DNA of 64,000 bases. Origin: Candidatus Acidiferrales bacterium (GTDB lineage: Bacteria > Patescibacteriota > Microgenomatia > Levybacterales > UBA12049). The translations under genes and the position numbers were made by a program. The notes under the pieces are model-generated. The model ran no database searches and was not told the origin of the DNA. It saw only the letters and a list, made by a program, of their open reading frames with translations. The stretch spans positions 14,146 to 78,145 of the forward strand of contig DATLSZ010000020.1 in NCBI GenBank assembly GCA_035533875.1. Direction: 5' to 3'. The stretch's first letter is position 1, and each line of letters begins with the position of its first letter. Positions 53,119 through 61,238 of the stretch are shown in pieces.

Positions 53119-53657
53119 TAGATACAATTGATATCATAAATCAGCCAGGTATTGTTAACTTCCTGTACCTGCACTCTATAGAGGTCTTTATTCCCGGGAG
53201 GCGCTTCACTGATGAATTCCTGCATCAGAATTGCATTCGTGTAATTAACAGGTGTTTCTTGTCCGACGATAATATTTTTTCTTTTATTTTGCGGACAGAA
53301 AACCGGAACATTGCCGTTATTATAGAGTGAACCGATAACTTGCTTAAAATCCGAAGATAAATACGGATTCTTTTTATATGCGCCATTCGCTAACGGATTT
53401 GTCGGTGACGCAAAATAATAATCATAGAACTGTTTTACCGCAGCTTGCGGCGTGTCAGACGGAGGCGCAAACGTGATATAAGGAACGGTGCTCGTTTGAT
53501 TGGAATGACGGATACCAGCAGGATTTTGCCGATTAAGCGTTGTAGGCTTGGGCAATGCCTGCTTCTGAACAGTACTTTGCTGCATGAAAATGACAATCAC
53601 AAAAATAAGTATCAGAACAAGAGCAGCACTTCCTATGATAAGAAACTTTTTATTCAT
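53115..53657 (-). CDS. Hypothetical membrane-anchored/secreted protein
   Basis: 180 aa. An N-terminal TM (LIIGSAALVLILIFVIVIF) is followed by a soluble domain with no motif I recognise. Confidence 0.6.
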   Translation of the reverse strand: MNKKFLIIGSAALVLILIFVIVIFMQQSTVQKQALPKPTTLNRQNPAGIRHSNQTSTVPYITFAPPSDTPQAAVKQFYDYYFASPTNPLANGAYKKNPYLSSDFKQVIGSLYNNGNVPVFCPQNKRKNIIVGQETPVNYTNAILMQEFISEAPPGNKDLYRVQVQEVNNTWLIYDINCIY

Positions 53658-53747
53658 ACGCTCATCTTAGCCTAGTTATTTTTCAGAAGCTTGTCAATAT
53701 GACTTTCACTATTTGACAATAGTAAAAAAATAATCTTAGATTAAGAT

Positions 53748-54569
53748 ATGCCTATAAAACGGAAAAAGAAAACAACATCTAAAAAAAAGTTTCAAAGAGG
53801 CTCTGTCGGAAGCTTTTTTGTCTTTGGTGTCCTTGCTCTCCTTATTGTGTTGGGGTTAATTGCAGTTGGAGGCACTCCGCCGCAGACATTTCCCCAAAGT
53901 GGACAGCAGGTAATCGTAGTTACGCCTACGCCGGATGCTAACCACAATACACTGCAATTAAAGACGTTCGGTTACATTACTATTGCTCCGACACCAATAC
54001 CTTCAAAGAACAGTCTCTGTGTTGATAAAGGAGTCAATAACGAACCGGAGATTCTCACTGCGTACTCCCCGGCTCCGGGACAGCCGGTAAGTAATAACGG
54101 TCAAATCAAAGTATGGGTTACCGATGAAGGAGCACCATTTATCGCACCCGGTGAAACAACCAATGCTGACGGATCGATAAATAATCCCGGACAGCAACAA
54201 GCGACGGCACCCGATGGTTATCTTTTTGAACCTGCTTTATATATAGCACCGCAAACTGCGGAATCAGGTGGACATCCTAATTTCCCGAATTTCATAAAAG
54301 GACAATATGACAACGCCGGACAAGCTGTAGGCAATAACTTTACCAATCTGCAGGGGCATGTTACCACTGGAGCAAAAATAGATCCGTTACCTGCAGGAAC
54401 CAAACAAGGAGGTTGTTTGGGGAATTTTCAAGTGTATTGTTATACAGCTGAGTATATCTGGGATGTTTCAAAACTTGGTCTGTCAACGGGTACCTACCAA
54501 GCAGAATTTCTCATCCATGATGGTGACCGAGACAGAGGGGTCGGCTGTGTAACTATTAAGATCCAATAA
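53748..54569 (+). CDS. Membrane-anchored uncharacterised surface protein (paralog B)
   Basis: 273 aa. A basic N-terminus and a TM precede the same conserved domain as 51922..52668. Confidence 0.65.
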   Translation: MPIKRKKKTTSKKKFQRGSVGSFFVFGVLALLIVLGLIAVGGTPPQTFPQSGQQVIVVTPTPDANHNTLQLKTFGYITIAPTPIPSKNSLCVDKGVNNEPEILTAYSPAPGQPVSNNGQIKVWVTDEGAPFIAPGETTNADGSINNPGQQQATAPDGYLFEPALYIAPQTAESGGHPNFPNFIKGQYDNAGQAVGNNFTNLQGHVTTGAKIDPLPAGTKQGGCLGNFQVYCYTAEYIWDVSKLGLSTGTYQAEFLIHDGDRDRGVGCVTIKIQ

Positions 54570-54579
54570 GATACAATAG

Positions 54580-55371
54580 TCAGTTACTTGCGCTTGTATA
54601 ATGACGAAGCGCATATGACCAAAACCGCAGACTGATAAAAAGCAACCCAACGCCGAAAACAAGTGCGATAACAACTCCCTGCCAAGAGAGCAATCCAAGA
54701 AGCGCCCTCCCCGGATATGTCATCATAATGCCTACCGGAATCACAAAGGTAATCAGCCCACGCAATGGTTCTTGATAAACTTCAATCGGCAATCTACCCA
54801 TCTGAGTAAGATCACGGTAAAGCATAACGGTATTATCAACTGCAGTTGATAATATACCGGTTCCAAGGACAAAAATATGAAACCCAAGAGAAATAATAAA
54901 TCCGTTCATGAGTAACAAAATGTATAAAAGAACACGCAAAACTGTCACATGATCGCTGTGCCATCCCGCAAAAATGATAAAACCGGCCGAAAGAATAAGA
55001 ACAAAAAGATCCAGCATATCGCTTCCGCCAAATAGTGGGTGAAAAAGCGACGGGAGCGGTTTGAGAAGCAGGTTATCAAAATAGCCATTCAAAATCTGCT
55101 GACGGAAACGGTAGACATTGCGGAAAAAGAATTGCGGCAGTGTATCAAGAAAATTAAATGTCGCGTAAAAGAGCACGATTTCCCAGAAGGTATATCCCGC
55201 TATTACTTTGGCTCTGTTCACCAAAAGCACAAGAAACAGCAGAAAAAATACATACCGGAGTAATTTCCCCAATAAAAATAACACCGCGCCAAAACGCGAC
55301 TGAAACGCTATCTGTGTTGTCCCGAGAGTCAACTTCCACCAAATAATTAAATATCTATTTAATCTCTTCAT
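54580..55371 (-). CDS. ABC-2-type transporter permease (uncharacterised ABC system, ABC2_membrane_6-like)
   Basis: 263 aa with 6 predicted TM helices. It is the last gene of the ATPase-permease-permease triad. Confidence 0.7.
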   Translation of the reverse strand: MKRLNRYLIIWWKLTLGTTQIAFQSRFGAVLFLLGKLLRYVFFLLFLVLLVNRAKVIAGYTFWEIVLFYATFNFLDTLPQFFFRNVYRFRQQILNGYFDNLLLKPLPSLFHPLFGGSDMLDLFVLILSAGFIIFAGWHSDHVTVLRVLLYILLLMNGFIISLGFHIFVLGTGILSTAVDNTVMLYRDLTQMGRLPIEVYQEPLRGLITFVIPVGIMMTYPGRALLGLLSWQGVVIALVFGVGLLFISLRFWSYALRHYTSASN

Positions 55372-55372
55372 T

Positions 55373-55414
55373 TTTTAATCTTTAATCTTCAATCCTTAAT
55401 CTTCAATCTAATGT
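55373..55414. repeat. Tandem heptamer array that fills the spacer between the two permease genes
   Basis: TTTTAAT CTTTAAT CTTCAAT CCTTAAT CTTCAAT CTAATGT. The spacer is 42 nt, which is 6 x 7. Confidence 0.85.
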
Positions 55415-56208
55415 TAATTCCCTTCGCTGCTATAAACCCGTAATCCTTTTCGCCAAACCCACGTTACCAAAAAATAGAGCAGCAAACACCAGACAAGAGC
55501 AATACAAAATCCTTGGATCAAACCATTTGAAGACAATTTCCCTAAATAAATCTGGAGGGGAAAATATTGCAAATACCCAAATGGAAGAAAAGCAAAGACT
55601 CGCTGCATAGGTACGGGAAGAATATCAAGTGGGAAAAGTCCTCCCGCAAAAAAACTGACGAGAGTGAAAAAGATAAACCGAGGCGCCCATACCTCAGGAC
55701 TCCAAAAAGCAATCATCCCAAGAAGTGACCCGAGAAAAAAATTCATAACAACAGCAATACATATAGCACCTATCGTCAGCAAAACGGCAAAGATATTTGG
55801 CTGCAAGAATATCGACGGACGGAGAATAAAATAAATAATCGTTAATTCCGCCAGTGCAAAACTGACATTGAATAACTTATCCCCGATATCCCTCGCAAAC
55901 CAATACCCAAGATACCCAAAAGGCCTGATGAGAAACTGTGACAATTCACCATTATTGATATTGTCCCCCATCTCTTGTGTCCGTGTTGAAAAAACAATAC
56001 TGCCGATCAGCGACGCGCCCAAGACATACGTCAATATCAATGACCGTGAGTAACCGAAGATATGGCCATTTTGCGGAGTAACGGCAAGCCAAAGATAATA
56101 GACCGTTAATAGTTGCAACACATTCCGAAGCCGCCACATAGCGAAGTTAAAGCGGTATGACATCATCTCATCCCAGGTATTCTTTGCGACTTGCAAGTAG
56201 AGTTTCAT
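55414..56208 (-). CDS. ABC-2-type transporter permease (paralog)
   Basis: 264 aa, polytopic. It has the same architecture as 54580..55371. Confidence 0.7.
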   Translation of the reverse strand: MKLYLQVAKNTWDEMMSYRFNFAMWRLRNVLQLLTVYYLWLAVTPQNGHIFGYSRSLILTYVLGASLIGSIVFSTRTQEMGDNINNGELSQFLIRPFGYLGYWFARDIGDKLFNVSFALAELTIIYFILRPSIFLQPNIFAVLLTIGAICIAVVMNFFLGSLLGMIAFWSPEVWAPRFIFFTLVSFFAGGLFPLDILPVPMQRVFAFLPFGYLQYFPLQIYLGKLSSNGLIQGFCIALVWCLLLYFLVTWVWRKGLRVYSSEGN

Positions 56209-56213
56209 AAAAT

Positions 56214-56241
56214 TAGCGGCTAGCTACTAGCTGCTAGCGTT
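56214..56241. repeat. Tandem heptamer array (TAGCNNC family)
   Basis: TAGCGGC TAGCTAC TAGCTGC TAGCGTT. Confidence 0.75.
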
Positions 56242-56265
56242 TGGTTAAATTTGTAAAAGTAAAAA

Positions 56266-56300
56266 CTAGACGCTCGACGCTAAACGCTAGATGCTTGATT
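56266..56300. repeat. Degenerate CTNNACG heptamer array that overlaps the 3' end of the ABC ATPase gene
   Basis: CTAGACG CTCGACG CTAAACG CTAGATG CTTGATT. The last units encode the C-terminal ...NQASSV and the stop codon. Confidence 0.8.
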
Positions 56301-57263
56301 TGCGAACACATCCCTAATAATCTCCTCAATATTCGGTTCTTCAATATTGAGATCTTCAACGGGGAATTGCTCAAGCAATTTGGACGCGACATAATTTGAT
56401 TTATCGCGCGGTACAATAACAACAGCTTTTAATGGGTCAAAAGATGCCACCTCACCAAGCTGTTTTAATTTCTCACGCGTCACCGGTTTCTCAAAAATAA
56501 CGGTGATAGATTTATTCTTTGCATATTTCTTCACAATATTTGCGAGCTTTCCGTCATATAAAATTTTTCCGTGATCAATGATGATGACCCGCCTGCACAA
56601 CTCCTCGACATCTTTCATATAATGACTGGTGAGAATAACTGTTGCATTAAAATTCTCGTTGTATGCTTTGACAAAATCTCGCAGTTTCTGCTGCATTACG
56701 ACATCAAGCCCGATCGTCGGTTCATCCAAAAAAAGAATTTTTGGCGTATGGATCAACGCAGCAATCAGTTCACATTTCATCCGCTGACCGAGTGACAACT
56801 TGCGCACCTGCACCTGCAGAATATCTTCAACATCCAAGAGCTCTGATAATTCCGCTACTGTTTTATTATATTGATCCGCTGGGATCTCATAAATTTCTTT
56901 ATTAAGAAGAAACGAATCAATGGCCGGCAAATCCCACCACAGCTGATTTTTTTGTCCCATGACAAGGGAAATTTGCTTGAGATATTCATGTTTCCGTTGA
57001 AACGGCGTATATCCCAACACACTGACTTGCCCACTGGTCGGATAGAGCAAACCGGTGAGACATTTGAGCGTAGTTGTCTTTCCTGCGCCGTTTGGTCCAA
57101 TAAAACCAACCAGTTCCCCTTCGTCAATTTCAAACGAGATATCATTGACCGCCTTGGCATCATAATACGTGCGGTGGAACAATGATTTCATTGAACCGGC
57201 AAACCCCGGCTCCTTCTGATGGACTTGGTAAAATTTGGTTAAATGGTTTATTTGAATTACCAT
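56280..57263 (-). CDS. ABC transporter ATP-binding protein
   Basis: GPNGAGKTTTL (Walker A), LSLGQRMKCELIAAL (signature) and LFLDEPTIGLD (Walker B). I prefer the ATG at 57263 (MVIQINHL) to the TTG at 57269. Confidence 0.9.
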   Translation of the reverse strand: MVIQINHLTKFYQVHQKEPGFAGSMKSLFHRTYYDAKAVNDISFEIDEGELVGFIGPNGAGKTTTLKCLTGLLYPTSGQVSVLGYTPFQRKHEYLKQISLVMGQKNQLWWDLPAIDSFLLNKEIYEIPADQYNKTVAELSELLDVEDILQVQVRKLSLGQRMKCELIAALIHTPKILFLDEPTIGLDVVMQQKLRDFVKAYNENFNATVILTSHYMKDVEELCRRVIIIDHGKILYDGKLANIVKKYAKNKSITVIFEKPVTREKLKQLGEVASFDPLKAVVIVPRDKSNYVASKLLEQFPVEDLNIEEPNIEEIIRDVFANQASSV

Positions 57264-57267
57264 AGGC

Positions 57268-57302
57268 AAGTGACAAGTGAATAGTAACTAGTGATTAGGA
57301 CT
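57268..57302. repeat. Tandem heptamer array (AAGTGAN/TAGTRAN family)
   Basis: AAGTGAC AAGTGAA TAGTAAC TAGTGAT TAGGACT. It overlaps the stop and last codons of the 57288..57659 gene. Confidence 0.8.
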
Positions 57303-57659
57303 TTTATCTAATTTTGACGTTAACGTATTTAGCATACGAATGACTTCGTTAAGTAGTCCGCCAACTGTCTGATAGTCTTCAGCACTTGCGAAATCCAATT
57401 CTTGGGCAATAACAATCTGTGTTTCAAGTTCGAGAGCTGAAGCATATGCGATTAATAAACCACGTCTATATTCCTTACGCAATTTTCTCCCAAACCCTTC
57501 AGCAATATTTGACGGAATGGAAATTGCCGCTCGTCTCATTTGTGCAACTAAACCATATAACTCAGCTCTCGGAAATTTGTACGTTAAAAGGAAAATATCC
57601 TTTACAAGAAGAATAGACTTTTGCCAAACAATAAGATCTTTATATGAATGAATCTGCAT
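57288..57659 (-). CDS. Four-helix-bundle protein (23S rRNA intervening-sequence protein family)
   Basis: 123 aa. YKDLIVWQKS...LVAQMRRAAISIPSNIAEGFGR is the family hallmark. Confidence 0.8.
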   Translation of the reverse strand: MQIHSYKDLIVWQKSILLVKDIFLLTYKFPRAELYGLVAQMRRAAISIPSNIAEGFGRKLRKEYRRGLLIAYASALELETQIVIAQELDFASAEDYQTVGGLLNEVIRMLNTLTSKLDKSPNH

Positions 57660-57740
57660 ATAAGACTAGAAACTACAAAATAGTCACTAATCATTATCTC
57701 ACTTTTTTAAAGCTCGCAAACAGACCAAAATTCTTTTCCT

Positions 57741-57768
57741 ATTCACTAATTCCTAATCACTCGTCACT
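57741..57768. repeat. Heptamer-periodic tract (NNTCACT family)
   Basis: ATTCACT AATTCCT AATCACT CGTCACT. These units are the reverse complement of the AGTGANN units at 57268 and 7711. Confidence 0.65.
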
Positions 57769-57773
57769 AAACG

Positions 57774-58046
57774 TTATCTAATCGCCTTCTTCAGTGTTTT
57801 CCCTGCGGTAAAACCAGGAGCTTTGCGGGCTTGCAAGGTAATAGCTGCTCCGGTCTTGGGATTGCGTCCGACACGCTGCTGGCGACTGCGTACACTAAAG
57901 GTACCAAATCCGGTCAAGACTACCTTTTCTCCGCGTTTGAGCGAGTCACGGATAGTATTTAACATTGTTTGGACTGCGTCTCGGGATGCTTTGTTGGTGA
58001 GATTGGCTTTTTTTGCTACGATTTCAATGAGATCTTTTTTAGTCAA
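57774..58046 (-). CDS. hup: DNA-binding protein HU
   Basis: 90 aa. FGTFSVRSRQQRVGRNPKTG supplies the arm motif. It has a TTG start preceded by a strong GGAGGTGA Shine-Dalgarno sequence. Confidence 0.92.
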   Translation of the reverse strand: MTKKDLIEIVAKKANLTNKASRDAVQTMLNTIRDSLKRGEKVVLTGFGTFSVRSRQQRVGRNPKTGAAITLQARKAPGFTAGKTLKKAIR

Positions 58047-58101
58047 AAAAACTCACCTCCTCCCGGAAAAAATGCGAAAGACAAATCATGAGATTAGATT
58101 A

Positions 58102-58130
58102 ACAATACAAGGAAAATGAAGTGTTGTCAA
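58102..58130 (-). promoter_or_regulatory. Promoter of the HU gene
   Basis: Minus strand: TTGACA (58130..58125), 17 nt, TATTGT (58107..58102). It gives a leader of about 50 nt with a canonical Shine-Dalgarno sequence. Confidence 0.55.
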
Positions 58131-58148
58131 GAGGCGCTAATGAAAAAT

Positions 58149-59423
58149 TTAGACAAACGTCGTCTCAGGATAAACGGCGCGGAATTCGCGGATTGCTGTC
58201 ACTTTCACTTCACCCGGAACGGCAAGTGATTTACTGACTTCCTCTTGAATTTTTCTCGACAATATGACGGTCTGCGCATCATCCAATTTCCCTGGGTTGA
58301 TAATAACCCGCAGTTCCCGGCCAGCTTCAAATGCGTACGCATCTTCAACGCCTTCATAATTCTTGGCGATTTTTTCCATTTCAGTCAATCGCTGTCCATA
58401 CTTCTCCAGATCCTCATACCGTGCACCGGGACGTGCTGCTGAGATAGCATCGGCAATATGGACGATGACCGACTCGACACTTGAGAATGGTTTATCTTCA
58501 TGATGTTCCCAGACGGCATTGACAATCGGCTCGGGGAAGTTATATCGTTTCAGCAGTTCCACACCTAACTTCACGTGGCTTCCATCACCTTCCATTATTT
58601 TTCCGATGTCATGAAAAAGACAACCGAGTCTGACGATATCGACATTGGCACCGATCTCCTGCGCGATATGCACACCGATTTTTGTCTCCTCAAGAGTATG
58701 CACCAGTAAATTCTGCCCGTATGACGTACGGAATTTCATTCTCCCAAGAAGCGGGTAGAGATCGGCAGGCAAACTATAAATGTTTACTTCGTTTGCAAGT
58801 TTTTCTCCTTCCTGGAACATTATCTTTTCCAGCTCCTCACGGGTTTGCTTTACAACTTCCTCTATGCGGAATGGCTGTACACGGGAATCTTTGAGTAATT
58901 TCTCAAGTGACCTACGAGCAACTTCACGACGGATCTGGTCAAACGATGACAAACGGATAATCCCTTCTTCATCAAGATCCACATCAACACCGGTCGCTTG
59001 TTCAAACGCACGGATGTTTCGTCCTTCTTTTCCGATGATCCGACCCTTCACATCTTCATCCTGTACTTTGACAATGGAGACTGTGTATTCCGGGACAAAT
59101 TGCAATGCACCGTGTTTGAGACTATCCAAGACGATTTCCTGCGCTTTGTTGTCAGCTGTCGCTTTTGCCTCATCTTCCCGCTCACGGATGATCTTTGCCA
59201 TCATCGCTGCGGCATCTTTTTCGGTTTCTTTGAGTAACTGATCTTTTGCCTCGTCAGTAGTGAGGTGGGAAACGCTTTCGAGTTTCTTGATGTACTCCTG
59301 ACGCTTCTTTTCAATCTCGACCTTTTCATTTTCAAGGCTTTCCTGTTTGGCTTCGATTTTTTCCTGCCGTTCAAGAAGCTTTTTTTCAAGTTCTAATAAA
59401 TCCTGTTGTGTTGCTGTTGCCAT
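58149..59423 (-). CDS. rny: Ribonuclease Y (KH and HD domains) lacking the usual N-terminal membrane anchor
   Basis: GRIIGKEGRNIRAFE (KH) and LFHDIGK (HD). An in-frame TAG 17 codons upstream, with no alternative start in between, rules out a longer N-terminus. Confidence 0.9.
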   Translation of the reverse strand: MATATQQDLLELEKKLLERQEKIEAKQESLENEKVEIEKKRQEYIKKLESVSHLTTDEAKDQLLKETEKDAAAMMAKIIREREDEAKATADNKAQEIVLDSLKHGALQFVPEYTVSIVKVQDEDVKGRIIGKEGRNIRAFEQATGVDVDLDEEGIIRLSSFDQIRREVARRSLEKLLKDSRVQPFRIEEVVKQTREELEKIMFQEGEKLANEVNIYSLPADLYPLLGRMKFRTSYGQNLLVHTLEETKIGVHIAQEIGANVDIVRLGCLFHDIGKIMEGDGSHVKLGVELLKRYNFPEPIVNAVWEHHEDKPFSSVESVIVHIADAISAARPGARYEDLEKYGQRLTEMEKIAKNYEGVEDAYAFEAGRELRVIINPGKLDDAQTVILSRKIQEEVSKSLAVPGEVKVTAIREFRAVYPETTFV

Positions 59424-59434
59424 ATTTTTGGAGC

Positions 59435-59462
59435 AAAAGAAGAACGCACTGTCGTGCTTCTT
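59435..59462 (-). promoter_or_regulatory. Terminator-like hairpin in the rny 5' leader
   Basis: The minus strand reads AAGAAGCAC-GACA-GTGCGTTCTT-CTTTTG and ends 12 nt before the rny ATG. A 12-codon uORF (59499..59461, MKNRQFTFIVTR) ends at its base. Confidence 0.4.
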
Positions 59463-59524
59463 ATCGTGTGACTATGAAGGTGAATTGTCTGTTCTTCATA
59501 AACAATCTCTCTTGCTGTACTCCT

Positions 59525-59553
59525 ATTATACGTTGTTCCTCACATTTATGCAA
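59525..59553 (-). promoter_or_regulatory. Promoter of rny
   Basis: Minus strand: TTGCAT (59553..59548), 17 nt, TATAAT (59530..59525). Confidence 0.6.
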
Positions 59554-59559
59554 CAATTA

Positions 59560-60993
59560 TCACTGTTTTCTCGCTGATCGTTTAATGCCCGAAGTAAATG
59601 GTTTGACCATTTTTTTCGGGTCAACTGTTGTATCATAAACTCTCGCTGACACGCCCAATGCCATTGCAGCTTCCCGCAGCGTTATATTCTCATTCAGTGC
59701 ATGGACGGCAATTTGTGCTGCTTTGGCATACCCGATCTCCGGTGTCAACGAGGTAACCGTCATAAGGGTATTGTCCAGATGATTTTGTATGACATCTTTG
59801 TCTGCAGTTATTCCAACAATACATTTTTTATGAAGAAGTGTACATGCAGTTGTGAGCAACTCTGCTGATTCCAAAAATGTTGCAGCCATAACCGGCTTAC
59901 CGGTATTCATATCCTGCTCACTGCTCCTGTTGGCAAGTCGTATTGTTTCATGTTTTCCTTCAACTGCATTGCATGCCATCCGGACCGCTTCCAGAACAGA
60001 AGGATTTACTTTCCCCGGCATGATAGATGATCCGGGCTCGGATGTAGGCATCTTCAATTCTCCCAAACCAGTTCTCGGCCCGGAGGCCAGCCAGCGGATT
60101 GACGTTGTTACCGTATCCAGAACGAGCGCTAAATTGCTTATCGCACTCGATGCTTCCATCACCGGATCATGCGATGAAATATCGACAAATTTATTCGGAG
60201 CAGGTGTGAACGCGTGTCCGGTGAATTCGGAGATATACGCAGCTGCTTTTTCGGCAAACCCGTCCGGCGCATTGATCCCCGATCCAAGCGCCGTCCCACC
60301 GACCGGCAGTACGGAAAGATTTTCCAGACTTCTTGCAATTGTTTTCTCAGCCCGCTGAATTCGTGTTCCCCATCCGTCAAATTCCATGCCGAGTCTGATA
60401 GGCACCGCGTCCATCAGATGCGTTCTTCCCGCTTTGATAACATCCTTAAATGCTTCCCCTTTTTCACGGAAAACAGCAACCAGCGCGCTTGCTGCCGGTA
60501 TCACCTGACTTTTCAGTACAAGAACCGATGAGACATACATTGCTGTCGGGAAAATATCATTGGTGGACTGAGACCTGTTAACAATATCATTCGGATGGAG
60601 TACTGTTACTTCATCATCGATAAGACCACCGCTGCGAACATGTGCAATACGGGCGATTACTTCATTCATGTTCATATTGGTATACGTCCCCGATCCGGAC
60701 TGAAAAATACTTACGGGAAATTGCTCGGTGTGTTTTCCGGCAATGATCTCATCACAAGCACTTCCTATCATTTTTGCTTGTGTACGGGGTATCACGCCGC
60801 AGTCCCTGTTGGCGTAGGCACACGCTTTTTTCACCAGGGCAAGAGCGGAAATAAAAGCAAACGGCAGTGGTTCACCGACGCCGAATTTCAGACCCCATCG
60901 CGCCGTCTCTTTGTCATAAAAAACACCTTTGGGAACACTCACAACGCCGAACGCATCCTTTCTGATCCGTATTTCTTTTTGTGTCCTTGCCAT
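59560..60993 (-). CDS. Class II fumarate hydratase / aspartate ammonia-lyase family enzyme
   Basis: GSSIMPGKVNP signature and SGSGTYTNMNMNEV. Fumarase and aspartase cannot be told apart from sequence reading alone. Confidence 0.85.
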   Translation of the reverse strand: MARTQKEIRIRKDAFGVVSVPKGVFYDKETARWGLKFGVGEPLPFAFISALALVKKACAYANRDCGVIPRTQAKMIGSACDEIIAGKHTEQFPVSIFQSGSGTYTNMNMNEVIARIAHVRSGGLIDDEVTVLHPNDIVNRSQSTNDIFPTAMYVSSVLVLKSQVIPAASALVAVFREKGEAFKDVIKAGRTHLMDAVPIRLGMEFDGWGTRIQRAEKTIARSLENLSVLPVGGTALGSGINAPDGFAEKAAAYISEFTGHAFTPAPNKFVDISSHDPVMEASSAISNLALVLDTVTTSIRWLASGPRTGLGELKMPTSEPGSSIMPGKVNPSVLEAVRMACNAVEGKHETIRLANRSSEQDMNTGKPVMAATFLESAELLTTACTLLHKKCIVGITADKDVIQNHLDNTLMTVTSLTPEIGYAKAAQIAVHALNENITLREAAMALGVSARVYDTTVDPKKMVKPFTSGIKRSARKQ

Positions 60994-61013
60994 ATAATAA
61001 TACAGTGGTTGAA

Positions 61014-61042
61014 ATTATATGCCTTCACTACAGAAGAGTCAA
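61014..61042 (-). promoter_or_regulatory. Promoter of the fumarase/aspartase-family gene
   Basis: Minus strand: TTGACT (61042..61037), 17 nt, TATAAT (61019..61014). The leader is about 14 nt and has no Shine-Dalgarno sequence. Confidence 0.6.
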
Positions 61043-61098
61043 ATAAACAAAAACTAAACTTCAAAACATACTATAGCGTACTGCAAGTAACTATGAAG

Positions 61099-61189
61099 CG
61101 TGGGTGGCGAGCGAGGGGGTCCCCCGGCGAGTGCTCGCAACAAAGTGAGGACATCTGACGGGGGTAAAGCGAGATAGGACCCACGTCAG
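61099..61189. other. GC-rich, helix-dense island in an AT-rich spacer (candidate structured RNA of unknown class)
   Basis: CGTGGGT (61099..61105) pairs with ACCCACG (61179..61185), and GCGAGC (61107..61112) with GCTCGC (61133..61138). G5 (61115..61119), C5 (61121..61125) and G5 (61160..61164) offer alternative pairings. CTGACG (61155..61160) / CGTCAG (61184..61189) competes with the outer helix. Confidence 0.4.
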
Positions 61190-61238
61190 GAAAAAACCGA
61201 ACGCAAAAAAAATAAAGAACTAATTCATGAGAATTGAA

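Noticed and set aside
52777-53127. Three overlapping 66-98-aa ORFs in the track (52777..53073 +, 52847..53047 +, 52906..53127 -).
   Set aside because: They lie on the RNase P RNA gene, which carries the universal P4 motifs and has its own promoter. Their sequences have no protein-like features.
61099-61189. Identity of the GC-rich island as SRP RNA, tmRNA or an HDV-like ribozyme. The motifs GCAACA and GGTAAAGCGAGATAGGAC recall the HDV J1/4 and J4/2-P2 regions.
   Set aside because: No GGAA-tetraloop or AGCAGC domain IV motif is present, and there is no tRNA-like end. For the HDV fold I could not form P1 or a normal P3/L3. I kept it only as an unclassified candidate.
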